Positions 38,754-47,945 of a stretch of 64,000 nt of DNA are shown here, piece by piece. Source of the stretch: a virus; IMG/VR virus record IMGVR_UViG_3300045988_136394, positions 49,940 through 113,939 of that record; one strand, 5' to 3'. Position 1 is the first letter of the stretch; the number at the start of each line of letters is the position of its first letter. A model generated the notes under the pieces. It was given only the letters and a program-made list of their open reading frames with translations. It did not search any database and had not been told where the DNA came from. The position numbers and the translations under genes were made by a program.

Positions 38754-38782
38754 ATTATAGCCCCCCTTCGTCCTATTGTCAA
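38754..38782 (-). promoter_or_regulatory. Consensus TTGACA-17-TATAAT promoter (copy B)
   Basis: tgtcaa at 38777-38782 and attata at 38754-38759. Confidence 0.65.
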
Positions 38783-38806
38783 GTCTTTTTTTAATCACAA
38801 AATAAA

Positions 38807-38829
38807 AAGCAGGGCGTTTGCCCTGCTTA
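38807..38829 (-). terminator. Intrinsic terminator (copy B)
   Basis: AGCAGGGC-GTTT-GCCCTGCT followed on the minus strand by UUUUUAUUU. Confidence 0.55.
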
Positions 38830-38835
38830 CTGGTA

Positions 38836-39117
38836 TTAATGGGGTAGTTTTTTATAACATTCTATGCACAGAAGCCCTTTTTCCTGCTGCCTTTTCCCGC
38901 ATTGAGTGCATAGCCCGGCAGCTTTGAGTTTTTCCCGCCGCTGCTTTGCATATTCAAGCCGCTGCGCCTTGTGTGCGTGATAATATGCATAGTAATACTT
39001 TTCGCACTCTTTACAATGCAGCTTGCCCGCTACAGCTTTACGCTTATAACATCTTGGGCAGTATCCTTCCGCTTTCAATTCCTCACGGTAGGCTTTCGCC
39101 TTTTCTGCTTTATTCAT
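38836..39117 (-). CDS. Zinc-ribbon protein with two CxxC pairs
   Basis: CPRCY...CKEC and CTQCG...CIEC. Confidence 0.35.
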   Translation of the reverse strand: MNKAEKAKAYREELKAEGYCPRCYKRKAVAGKLHCKECEKYYYAYYHAHKAQRLEYAKQRREKLKAAGLCTQCGKRQQEKGLLCIECYKKLPH

Positions 39118-39144
39118 GTCAATTCACTTCACTTTGTTTTTTTC

Positions 39145-39573
39145 TTAATAATCTAAAACGTTTGGAGTTACGCCGTTTATGCTTGCAGAGTAGGACATTA
39201 TAATCTGAATATTCGTAGTAATTGCACCCTCTATTGCATCTCCTGCATATGAACTTACCCATTCCTTAGAATCAGAAGAACTATTATACCTGTATACTAG
39301 TACATCCCAATATTCAGGTTCGGGTATACTTCCTTCTTCTACAGTAGCCCAACGTATATTATAAGTTTTACCGCCTGTTACACCAATATATCTAGGCAGA
39401 TTAGGGTCAACAAACTCATTTACATAGGTATCTTCTGTTGTGATTTTTAAAACTTTCACACCTGGCGGGATAGTGATAGTAAAAGCATTTACAGTGCTAC
39501 CCTTCCACAATACAGTTTCCTTTGTTGGCAGCGGGGGTTCAAGGGGGGGATAAAACAACATACTCTGTTTCAT
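39145..39573 (-). CDS. C-terminal module ORF with no good Shine-Dalgarno of its own; probably expressed as a frameshift fusion with 39539..39844
   Basis: Overlaps the upstream ORF at a G7 tract (39543-39549). Removing one G joins the two frames. Confidence 0.4.
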   Translation of the reverse strand: MKQSMLFYPPLEPPLPTKETVLWKGSTVNAFTITIPPGVKVLKITTEDTYVNEFVDPNLPRYIGVTGGKTYNIRWATVEEGSIPEPEYWDVLVYRYNSSSDSKEWVSSYAGDAIEGAITTNIQIIMSYSASINGVTPNVLDY

Positions 39574-39844
39574 ATTCGACGTCGGTGGGAATAATCCATT
39601 TCCCTGTAGCCGCATTATATCCTGCCGCCGTTATCGTATAAGATATTTCTGTTCCTGTCGGCACTCCATAGAAAACGGCTATTCCTTTATTATCAGTATT
39701 AGCTAAATTGCTTTCACCGTTGTAAGTCAGCTCCACTCTTGCTGACCGAACGTGACCGCCGTCGGGCGTGTCTACATGGATTTCAAGCACAGAATAAGTT
39801 TGCTGCTTCCCCCCCGAATCTATTAATAAACGCCTGTTGAACAT
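39539..39844 (-). CDS. MFNRRLL...SGG family protein, copy 2 (short form)
   Basis: Starts MFNRRLLIDSGGKQQ with Shine-Dalgarno GGAGG. Has a C7 tract at 39809-39815 at codons 10-13 and an Ig-like C-terminus. Confidence 0.5.
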   Translation of the reverse strand: MFNRRLLIDSGGKQQTYSVLEIHVDTPDGGHVRSARVELTYNGESNLANTDNKGIAVFYGVPTGTEISYTITAAGYNAATGKWIIPTDVEYETEYVVLSPP

Positions 39845-39857
39845 AGTTATCCTCCTA

Positions 39858-40343
39858 TCACGCTATACTTGCTGTTATAGGCAACTTTTCAATCTCTCTA
39901 TTATATCCGCAATACAATACGTTGCAGGGAAACATAAATAAACCAGAACTAACGGCAGCTCGAAGAATATCATCATTAAAATAAACTAATCCGTTCGCTG
40001 TACCTAAATACTTTCCGTTATTTACATTGGTTAGCCGTAATGTCCCGCGTGCGTTACTAGCAAGGTCAGCCCAATTAAAGTAATCAACTCTATATTGCTG
40101 TCCTGCTGCCACGGCAACAACTTGCCGAAATAGTCGGCTATATGTGGGATTCATTGTACTACGCGGATACCAGTATAACCCTAATCGCGTCACATTTTCG
40201 GGAATGGTAAATGTCGGCATATATTCCACTCGATTTTGAGCGTTATATTGATTTCGTGACGGAACAAAACAGGCGCTAGGAACATCAACGGGAATAGGAA
40301 TATCCCCCCCTGATGTGGCTTGAAGTAATCTTCTATTAAACAT
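39858..40343 (-). CDS. MFNRRLL...SGG family protein, copy 1
   Basis: Starts MFNRRLLQATSGGDIPIPV. Has a C7 tract at 40304-40310. Confidence 0.5.
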   Translation of the reverse strand: MFNRRLLQATSGGDIPIPVDVPSACFVPSRNQYNAQNRVEYMPTFTIPENVTRLGLYWYPRSTMNPTYSRLFRQVVAVAAGQQYRVDYFNWADLASNARGTLRLTNVNNGKYLGTANGLVYFNDDILRAAVSSGLFMFPCNVLYCGYNREIEKLPITASIA

Positions 40344-40773
40344 TTTATCACTTCCTTAAAATTCAGAATAAATCATATAGCAAATACCAATGATAGCCCA
40401 CGTTATCGCACCCATAAATATCGCTTCCACGTCAACGCCTGTCTTTCTTTTGTCGCAGCGTTTTTCTCGCCATAACTGCCCATTCGTGTGATGACCAAAC
40501 CAAACATGTCGGGCAAATATTTACATCAAGCCGCCCGTAAGTAAAGCTTTTGCAAGCGTCCGCTGAATATTCTTCATTGCATAGATTGCACTTAATTTTC
40601 CCGTTTCCCATTTCAAAACCTCTCTTAGTTTGTATGCTAAATTTGCTGGTATAAATGCGGTAAAATACGGTATTTTATCGCTAAATTATTTATGTAGTTT
40701 AAATGTCAAAAACAGCGTTTTTTGCTATCTCTTTTTTTGAGATATCAAATTTACCCATTTTTGATGTTTTGCT

Positions 40774-41487
40774 TTATTTAGGTGTGCCAGTATTACTATT
40801 GCCGCTTTCAACATTTCCGTGAACGTGGTCGGCAAAGCTAATACCTTTGATTGTCGCATTGTCGATAACATCAAGCCGCTGCTGCACGGTTGTGTTACCT
40901 GTAACGGTCAGATTGCCATTTATGGTAGTGTTACTGTTAATGGTCGTCTGACTGGTGTTAATTGTGACGTGCTGCGGGGCTGTGACGATAACATTGCCGT
41001 CCGGTAGAATCTGAATGTAGCAGGTCGGCTGCTGGTTTAAAAATCCGCCGATAAAAAAGCCGTCTGAAATATCAAAGTTCCTAAAGCTACCGGGCTGGAC
41101 TGGTTCAGGTGTTCCGTTAATAACGTTGGATACGTCCCGCTGACAGAATACCGCAAGTCCAATATCACCCGGTACAGGGTCGCAAACTAATGCCGCTGCG
41201 CCGCCCTGTATTCTGCAATAGGGTAAATTATAAAGCGGGGCTGGATTTATGGCGTTGTTTTTGGCGTCTAGGGCAACTATTAAGGGCAGTACATCAACTC
41301 GCCCTGTGGGGCTTATTCCGTCGCTGTAAACAGCTTGGACTTTGCACGGCAACGCCGTATTTACCCTGCCATTCAAAAAGTTTTCGATAAAATACGCCAT
41401 TTCGTTACCCGGACTATTTCCCGTAAAAGGTGAACGAGTGCTTTCAACCGTCGGCGAAATTATTTGAGATTTTTTCAAAGTATCCAT
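40774..41487 (-). CDS. Baseplate spike protein gpV-like (Mu gp45-like)
   Basis: 237 aa after the hub gene, with a gpV-like N-terminal region. Confidence 0.5.
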   Translation of the reverse strand: MDTLKKSQIISPTVESTRSPFTGNSPGNEMAYFIENFLNGRVNTALPCKVQAVYSDGISPTGRVDVLPLIVALDAKNNAINPAPLYNLPYCRIQGGAAALVCDPVPGDIGLAVFCQRDVSNVINGTPEPVQPGSFRNFDISDGFFIGGFLNQQPTCYIQILPDGNVIVTAPQHVTINTSQTTINSNTTINGNLTVTGNTTVQQRLDVIDNATIKGISFADHVHGNVESGNSNTGTPK

Positions 41488-41488
41488 A

Positions 41489-42355
41489 TCAGCTCTCCTG
41501 TACGTAAACGGCTTTGACTACGCTGTCCCACGCTCCCGCAGCTTGCGAATTAAAACATTCTAGGTTATGCGTCAAGCTCGTTACTTTCCATACGCCTGTA
41601 GCTCGCGGAACAACGCTTTCCAGCTTTACTAACCCGCCCAGTGTGATAGTAGGGTCAAATTCGCATTTAAACTCTATGCCGTCCTGCGTGAAAGACGGGT
41701 AGCCGATTAAACCAGTTCCTACCTTTATCAACACAGCATTACCGCTGCGCGCTCCGTTTTTCGGAGTTATCACGACTTTACTGTCGTCAATATATAAATC
41801 AATGCCTAGTTGCTTTGCTAGCTTGTGCATTTTTTCGATTGGACTGCCTGTAAAGGTTGTGTTTCTGACGCTTGCTGAAACGCCCTCGTTGATAAAGGTG
41901 TATCCCGCTTCTGTCGCGAATTGCTCGAACAGTTTCGCAGCGTCGGTAGTGCCTTGTACAGCGATTGGCGGCGTTGCCAACAGCGCAGGATAAATACCCG
42001 CCGCTGCTTTGATATCAAAAGATATCTCCGGCGCACCGCTAAAGTTAGCGGCTGCCAGTGTAAACTCACCTTCAAAGACTGTCCCAACTATACCCGTATC
42101 GTCGCCAACTTCAAGGCGAATAAAGTTCTTTTCTGACTGCTGTGGATAAAATGCTAACGTGCTTGCCGTTTCCATGACACTTAAAGGTAAACCGTATATA
42201 CTGGCGGTTAAAGTGTTCTTGTCCTCGCCGCCCGGCTTCGATATCGTCGCTTTAATGCGGTGGTTTTCAATAATAATAGTATTGCTATTCGTATTCGGAA
42301 AAGTCCCGCTACGAAGCGTTATAGTCGCTCTAAGGGCTTTTATAGAAAAACTCAT
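41489..42355 (-). CDS. Baseplate hub / tail protein (Mu gp44 / P2 gpD-like position)
   Basis: About 289 aa. Start trimmed to MSFSIKAL. Confidence 0.4.
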   Translation of the reverse strand: MSFSIKALRATITLRSGTFPNTNSNTIIIENHRIKATISKPGGEDKNTLTASIYGLPLSVMETASTLAFYPQQSEKNFIRLEVGDDTGIVGTVFEGEFTLAAANFSGAPEISFDIKAAAGIYPALLATPPIAVQGTTDAAKLFEQFATEAGYTFINEGVSASVRNTTFTGSPIEKMHKLAKQLGIDLYIDDSKVVITPKNGARSGNAVLIKVGTGLIGYPSFTQDGIEFKCEFDPTITLGGLVKLESVVPRATGVWKVTSLTHNLECFNSQAAGAWDSVVKAVYVQES

Positions 42356-42356
42356 G

Positions 42357-42665
42357 CTACATCTCGCTTTCCGGCACGAAGCACAAGACAAAACGTGTTC
42401 CTAGCTCTTTATAGTCCGGCTGCGCTCCGTGTCCTTCTTTGTCCACAAATAGCAGATTTCCGCTGAAATTCAATTTAGGCTGCTGTAAGATCAACTCATT
42501 AGTTACACACAGCGCGCCTGTACATATCACTTCATCCTGTACGCTTAAATCACAATATAGTTTGTCATAACGCCAGTATAAGCGAATTTGGCAGATTTGA
42601 CCGTCAAGCGTTACCGTGAATTGCTGATTAGGTATAGCGTTTAATGGTATCGTTTTATAAGTCAT
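42357..42665 (-). CDS. Hypothetical tail protein
   Basis: 102 aa. Confidence 0.35.
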   Translation of the reverse strand: MTYKTIPLNAIPNQQFTVTLDGQICQIRLYWRYDKLYCDLSVQDEVICTGALCVTNELILQQPKLNFSGNLLFVDKEGHGAQPDYKELGTRFVLCFVPESEM

Positions 42666-42674
42666 AATGTCCCC

Positions 42675-43247
42675 CTACAATCCCAAAACCTTTTTTATAT
42701 CGTATGCTACACTACTGTTTTCGGAATCGTCCCCGTTGCTAGGATTAGTGTTGCCCCTGTCTACGGTTGAAGCGTCTGACGCGCTGGCGGCGTCGTCTGT
42801 TGTTATTGGCTGCACATCAACATTTGTATACTGGCTTTTCTGCTGCCGAATCTCGACAAGATGAATGTTTACTACAAGGGTCGTTAATGCCTGCCCCTCG
42901 TTAAAAGCATAATCATATTTGTCTAGCGTCATGTTTTGGTGTTCTTTAAGCGGCGTAACAAATGATATTAATTCCGTTGTTGTCCGCAGACGTTCCAGCA
43001 CCGCTACAGCCTGTTGAAGTTCTCCCGGCGTTCCGTCTTTAGCAAGCGTTACTGTGATATCCATAGGGGCAGTAGTTTTATTGTAGGCAGCAAAGCTACC
43101 TTGTTCTAGGTAATCGTATGTAATATTAGCTTCCGCTTTTACTGTGCTGCCTAGATAGGTCGTAAATGTGGCTAGTGCTGTACCTGCGCTGTCGGCAAGT
43201 AGCCAGTTCTGCCACTCTTTACCGCTCCAATTCCATAATTTCGCCAT
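42675..43247 (-). CDS. Tail protein (Mu gp43-like position)
   Basis: 190 aa directly after the tape measure gene. Confidence 0.35.
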   Translation of the reverse strand: MAKLWNWSGKEWQNWLLADSAGTALATFTTYLGSTVKAEANITYDYLEQGSFAAYNKTTAPMDITVTLAKDGTPGELQQAVAVLERLRTTTELISFVTPLKEHQNMTLDKYDYAFNEGQALTTLVVNIHLVEIRQQKSQYTNVDVQPITTDDAASASDASTVDRGNTNPSNGDDSENSSVAYDIKKVLGL

Positions 43248-43259
43248 ATTTACGCCCCC

Positions 43260-44726
43260 TTATTTAATGCCGCTTGCATTCGTAAAGAATAGCCCTGATT
43301 TCTCACTGATTGCTCCACCCATGTCGGCAGCTATGCCGCTTGCGTCCGTTGCTGCGGTATGGATATCAATTTTTCCTACATTGATTTCTTGATTGGTATT
43401 GCTACCTCCGCCGCCTGCTGCAATAGCCTGCAACGACGGTATCGGAGTATTAGCTTGTTCCCACCGTTCGGAAATGGTAGCTTTTATACTGCTCAATGAA
43501 GGAATTTTGTCTAAAATCTTCCCTATCCATTCCCACGCTGATTCGAGCGGGGATATTAAGTAGTCGTTAATAAACCCTGCAATGGCTTTGAACGCTGCGC
43601 CGCCTGCTGTAACAAGTAACGCCATTGCTGTTACGATTTTATAAAATCCCATTAAGGCGAATAATAAGATTTGTTTCAGTATCTCCCATGCTATTTGAGC
43701 TGCCTGTTTCAGGTACTCCCACGCCGTTTGCAGTGTCGCAAGGACTTCATCTCCTGTCCCCAACATTTCCCATAAATCTTCAAAGGCACTCTTGCCGCCA
43801 TTGGCATACACCCATAAATCTTCTAGGACTAATAGAAACGCCGCTATAAGCATTATAACCCACGTTATAGGATTGGCTAGTATGGCGGTGAATAAACTCC
43901 ATAGGGTAGGCAGTAATAAGCCCGTAACAACGGCTACAATAGCGTATAACGCCATCGTTAATATATCGCCGTGCTTCTGCATATAGGCGAATGCATCCGT
44001 TAATGCTAGGGCGAATTGGGTCAGTGTCGGAGCAGCAAACCGCAGAATCGGCAAAAATACGAATCTAAAAGAACGGCTTAATTCAGTAATGCTGTCGTTA
44101 AACTTTGCAGCTATAACCGTATCCTCTTTTGTGAAATATCCTAAATCCTTTTGACGTTTTATCAGGTCGTCTAAAGCTTGCCTACCACCTTGCAAAAGTC
44201 CTATCGTACCTTCGTCGAGTTGTAGTGAAGATAATATACTTTGACTTTCCAGCTTGCTCATACCTTCAACAGCTCCGGCTAAATCTCGCAAAACGTCAAA
44301 TACATTGCGGACTTTTCCGCTGTCGTCTACTACTGCAACGCCCAGTTGCTCAAAGAATGGCAGGATACGGCTTTTACCTGTAACAGCGATACGGGTCAAC
44401 TGTTTATTAAGTCCTTCGACGCTGTTAAACAATCCCCTGACGCTGCCGCCTGATAGTTCTGCCGCGTTGCCCCATGCGTATAAATCCGGAGCATTTGCAC
44501 CAATTCTGTCGGCAATCTTACCAACTTCGTCAGCCCCTGCTGCCAAACTTTTAACTTGAGCTATAATTGCACCGAATGAAAAGAAAGCGGCAGCGGCGGC
44601 TGTTCCTTTTTTCGTTAGCTTGGAAGCAAAGCTTTCTGTTTTTTTGTCGGCTTCATCTATTCCTTTGTTAAAGTCTGTGGGGTCTAGCCCTAGAGTTATC
44701 ATAAAACTATCAATAACTGTAGCCAT
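43260..44726 (-). CDS. Tail tape measure protein (short)
   Basis: 488 aa with a central hydrophobic block, preceded by the chaperone and its frameshift extension. Confidence 0.6.
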   Translation of the reverse strand: MATVIDSFMITLGLDPTDFNKGIDEADKKTESFASKLTKKGTAAAAAFFSFGAIIAQVKSLAAGADEVGKIADRIGANAPDLYAWGNAAELSGGSVRGLFNSVEGLNKQLTRIAVTGKSRILPFFEQLGVAVVDDSGKVRNVFDVLRDLAGAVEGMSKLESQSILSSLQLDEGTIGLLQGGRQALDDLIKRQKDLGYFTKEDTVIAAKFNDSITELSRSFRFVFLPILRFAAPTLTQFALALTDAFAYMQKHGDILTMALYAIVAVVTGLLLPTLWSLFTAILANPITWVIMLIAAFLLVLEDLWVYANGGKSAFEDLWEMLGTGDEVLATLQTAWEYLKQAAQIAWEILKQILLFALMGFYKIVTAMALLVTAGGAAFKAIAGFINDYLISPLESAWEWIGKILDKIPSLSSIKATISERWEQANTPIPSLQAIAAGGGGSNTNQEINVGKIDIHTAATDASGIAADMGGAISEKSGLFFTNASGIK

Positions 44727-44914
44727 TTTTTAACCCCCTTTCGTGTTTTTTCGCATATAGTCGGCTAGTAAAAAGTCATTAGTATTTTTATTAGCCAAAA
44801 TCTCGCACATATCTAATAAATCATCATAGCTGTAAATTGTTTGAAGTTCATGCAGTGTGGCAAGTCTTGCGGCGACTACGTTAGCAACAGAGGGCGTGAC
44901 ATTTACTGTTTTTT
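44727..44914 (-). other. -1 frame extension of the tail assembly chaperone (G/GT-like)
   Basis: An A6 tract at 44909-44914 (TCG AAA AAA CAG TAA). The -1 frame is open for about 58 codons and ends with ..KGG just before the tape measure ATG. Confidence 0.45.
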
Positions 44915-45388
44915 CGAGAAATGAATACCGTTGCTGCTCGGCGACAAGTCGGGCGTTTCGTTTGACTTGCCGCCTTTTAGAAAACTAGAAAAATTCACCT
45001 CAAAGGCTTTCTTTTTCAACGTCCATAGGCTACCTACTTCCTCAATAACTGCGTCTATTGTTTCCGGCATTAATTCTTGCTCTACACCGTCGGAAGTAAT
45101 TAGCGAACAGCATTTAAGCAGCTCGTTGCCCAGCTCGGCGACTTCTTCCACGTTAACATTTCCTAAAGATTTAAAAACTTCATCAATGTTAACATCACGC
45201 CAGTTAATCTCGGAAATGCCTTTCCCTTCCGGCAGTCCGTTGAATGAATTTGCAATTCCGCCGTGAAGTGCCACGGCTGCAAGTTTAATGATAAACATCT
45301 CGAGTTTTGTTGCGGGCATTTGTCGCGCCTTAAATTTTAGCGTTCTTTCTGCGTCTTGTAGCGTAAATATGATTTCTTTTCTAGCCAT
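44903..45388 (-). CDS. Tail assembly chaperone
   Basis: 161 aa between the tube and tape measure genes. Confidence 0.5.
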   Translation of the reverse strand: MARKEIIFTLQDAERTLKFKARQMPATKLEMFIIKLAAVALHGGIANSFNGLPEGKGISEINWRDVNIDEVFKSLGNVNVEEVAELGNELLKCCSLITSDGVEQELMPETIDAVIEEVGSLWTLKKKAFEVNFSSFLKGGKSNETPDLSPSSNGIHFSKKQ

Positions 45389-45456
45389 TTTTTGCTCACT
45401 CCTTTTATAAGAATAGGCGATACTATGAATATCGCCTATTAGTTAACTATATTATA

Positions 45457-45873
45457 TTAGCTTCTAGTTTCAAAAGCAAACGCTGCTGTAACGGGGTCAA
45501 GCACCTGTTTAAGTGCTGGGAAGTCTTTAGCGTTAGTTAATACGCCATTCGAGAACATGAACGAAGTTGAAATGCTCGGAATGTTTATTGATAAACCTAG
45601 CCGAACGATTTTTTTCTGTGTTTCCATGTATTTAGCCAACGCCCTGATATAAGTTAAAGACGGGCTATTTGCTTCAAAGGTAAAGTGTATAATATGCGGT
45701 TGCGGTGTCCAGCCTGCCGCCATATGTCCGTCAACGCCCATACGAACGATACTGATTTGTCGCTCGTCTTGGTCTACAGCTTGGTCGGTAGCGTAGTTTT
45801 GCAACAGAACACCTGCCGGGAACAGTTCTTCAATCGTTAAGAAACATTTTGCATTTGCTGATGTAATATCCAT
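45457..45873 (-). CDS. Tail tube protein
   Basis: 138 aa after the sheath gene. Confidence 0.5.
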   Translation of the reverse strand: MDITSANAKCFLTIEELFPAGVLLQNYATDQAVDQDERQISIVRMGVDGHMAAGWTPQPHIIHFTFEANSPSLTYIRALAKYMETQKKIVRLGLSINIPSISTSFMFSNGVLTNAKDFPALKQVLDPVTAAFAFETRS

Positions 45874-45892
45874 TTATAGCACACCCCCTTTT

Positions 45893-47392
45893 TTATAACA
45901 CTACGGTCAGCGGAACGACTAATCTGTTAACGCTGCCGCCATACGTGTACCAAACATTTATAATCGGGCTATCACGGTTAACCCTTGCTGCTGCGCCTGG
46001 GTCTAACACTTGGATATAATAGCCATTGGTGTAAAGCTCTGTAGAGATATCTTCCCCTGCTTCCGCATAAAGCTGCGCTTTTTGGCTTTCACTTAATTCG
46101 ATACCCGTATCAATAACGCCGTTATTCAACGCCCTAGTAATTGGGTCGTTCAGCCATGCACGAATTTGCGTGTACCCAATCTCGTTATAAGGTGTCCTAC
46201 CGATTGACGTCAAGCCGTTTGCAAGTGAGATTTGCATAACATTTTTAAGCCATATCATGTTGATATACGTATCAACAAATCCGTAGTTGCCGCTAAACAT
46301 TTTTGCGTCATAATAGAACGAAAAATCAGTGCTGCGGGCGGCGTAACGTCCATAGAAGTTAACGTTGTTAGCCAGCAACGCTGTTGCGCTGTCGTCGTCC
46401 GTTACAGACGCCGCAAGTCCTGTTTGCTTACGGAACGCATAACTTACAACACTGTTCGCCCTGTTCCAGTCAATAGAAGCTGCTGTAGCCATGACAAGCG
46501 TAGCAGTGTATACGTCAGGCGCATAGTTCATGCAAAGTCCTTCGTAGTCCGCTTCTTTCAGCGTGGTTACAAGTGTTCCCTCGCCGCTGGTTTTCAGGGC
46601 ATTAGAAGATTGCCACGGAACGTACAAGAATTCAATCGGGTTACTGTTGTTCCATTCTGCAAACTGCCGAATTTCTGCATCTGTAGCTTCTTTCAGTGTG
46701 GTAAAGCTTACCCAGTTAGTCGATTGATTTACAACAGATTGCATATTAGCGGCAGGCGCCAAAGCGTCGCTGCCGTCGGATACCAGCGCGCCAGTTGCAG
46801 TAGTTAAGCCTAATGCGCTTGCGGTATCTGTGCCGAGTGCATTAACGGTCAAGCCGTCTGTGGCTACTGATACCGCGCTATCTGCGCCTGTTGTTTTGCT
46901 GGTAATGGTAAAGCTTTCACTGTTGCTATTGTAAACAACGGTCGTTCCTGTAACCTTAGCGGCGATTGCTGCGGCTACGTCGCTAGGCGTTGTAGCTGCG
47001 CTAAAATCTAATCCGGTAACAGTGATAGGGCTGCCGTCTACGGAGATAGTAAAGCCGCCAGCAGTGATTTTTTTAAGGCTGGTCAGTGATAACGCTTCTG
47101 CGCCGAACAGCTTTCCTGCGATTGCCTCAGATACCCTTTTTGCAAAATAAAGAATATTAGGCTTTTTAAAACTATTATCGTAAGATTGGAAGTAATGACT
47201 AGCCGCAAGATATTCTACGCTGTCCAGCCCGTAGTATTCGCCTACAGCGTCTTTGCTTGCATATGCTTTAAGCGTCGGGAATGGTGTTAATTCGTTTTCG
47301 CTTAAATACAAGCCAGCAATTTCAAGCTCTTGGCTACCCGCTTTAATAACGCGCGGGTTAATTTCAACGATTTTTGAAATAGGTATTGCCAT
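45893..47392 (-). CDS. Contractile tail sheath protein (Mu gpL-like)
   Basis: About 499 aa. Start trimmed to MAIPISK. Confidence 0.6.
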   Translation of the reverse strand: MAIPISKIVEINPRVIKAGSQELEIAGLYLSENELTPFPTLKAYASKDAVGEYYGLDSVEYLAASHYFQSYDNSFKKPNILYFAKRVSEAIAGKLFGAEALSLTSLKKITAGGFTISVDGSPITVTGLDFSAATTPSDVAAAIAAKVTGTTVVYNSNSESFTITSKTTGADSAVSVATDGLTVNALGTDTASALGLTTATGALVSDGSDALAPAANMQSVVNQSTNWVSFTTLKEATDAEIRQFAEWNNSNPIEFLYVPWQSSNALKTSGEGTLVTTLKEADYEGLCMNYAPDVYTATLVMATAASIDWNRANSVVSYAFRKQTGLAASVTDDDSATALLANNVNFYGRYAARSTDFSFYYDAKMFSGNYGFVDTYINMIWLKNVMQISLANGLTSIGRTPYNEIGYTQIRAWLNDPITRALNNGVIDTGIELSESQKAQLYAEAGEDISTELYTNGYYIQVLDPGAAARVNRDSPIINVWYTYGGSVNRLVVPLTVVL

Positions 47393-47396
47393 TTTT

Positions 47397-47945
47397 TTAT
47401 AAACCCCCTTTTTCTGGTTTATGATGTACATCAACATTTTCCAGCCGCGTTATCGCGATTTTATCAAAGTATTCTGTCTGGTATTCGTATACCGTCCAAA
47501 ACGCTAAATGAAGCGGCAAGCGGTATCTGTTGATATATTGATTTGTGTCGTCAGTGTATGGTAAAAACTGCATATTTTCGCAGTACAATAAAGCTATATT
47601 GTATTTCTTTTTGAAAAAGTCAACCGCAATATCAGAACGACCAAGAGTTTCAAAGTATTCAGCACGCTGCAATGCTCGTTGATAATCGGCGTCACAAAAA
47701 TCGACGTTAATGACATATTCACGGTAAGAACGTGTTTCCGTTGTGCCTGCTTCCGTTACAATCTGTTCCCCGACATTCGTACCGATTCGGCGGGTACTGG
47801 CAAGAAAAAATACCACGTGTTCTCGTGTCTTTGGCAGTGCCGAGTTGTTCTGCTGCCCTAAATAAATTTGTTCAGCAGTTAATGGCGGTTGCATATAAGC
47901 CCGCAAATAGGCTTCTACAGCTACGTTAATTTCTCCATGCTCCAA
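47397..47945 (-). CDS. Hypothetical head-tail joining protein
   Basis: 182 aa. Confidence 0.35.
   Translation of the reverse strand: MEHGEINVAVEAYLRAYMQPPLTAEQIYLGQQNNSALPKTREHVVFFLASTRRIGTNVGEQIVTEAGTTETRSYREYVINVDFCDADYQRALQRAEYFETLGRSDIAVDFFKKKYNIALLYCENMQFLPYTDDTNQYINRYRLPLHLAFWTVYEYQTEYFDKIAITRLENVDVHHKPEKGGL

Larger units (their letters stand above)
38717..38830 (-). repeat. Terminator-promoter cassette, copy B
   Basis: Same roughly 110 bp element. The terminator half is diverged, with loop GTTT. Confidence 0.8.

Noticed and set aside
39844-40343. The MFNRRLL N-terminus as a Tat (twin-arginine) signal peptide
   Set aside because: The RR motif is not followed by a hydrophobic region or a signal peptidase site. 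The sequence after it is polar.
46232-46807. Long plus-strand ORFs at 46232..46807, 51621..52073, 26441..26824, 6937..7281, 30097..30456 and many others
   Set aside because: All are antisense to well-supported minus-strand structural genes. They have no Shine-Dalgarno context and a low-complexity Ser/Ala/Leu composition typical of frames opposite GC-rich coding DNA.
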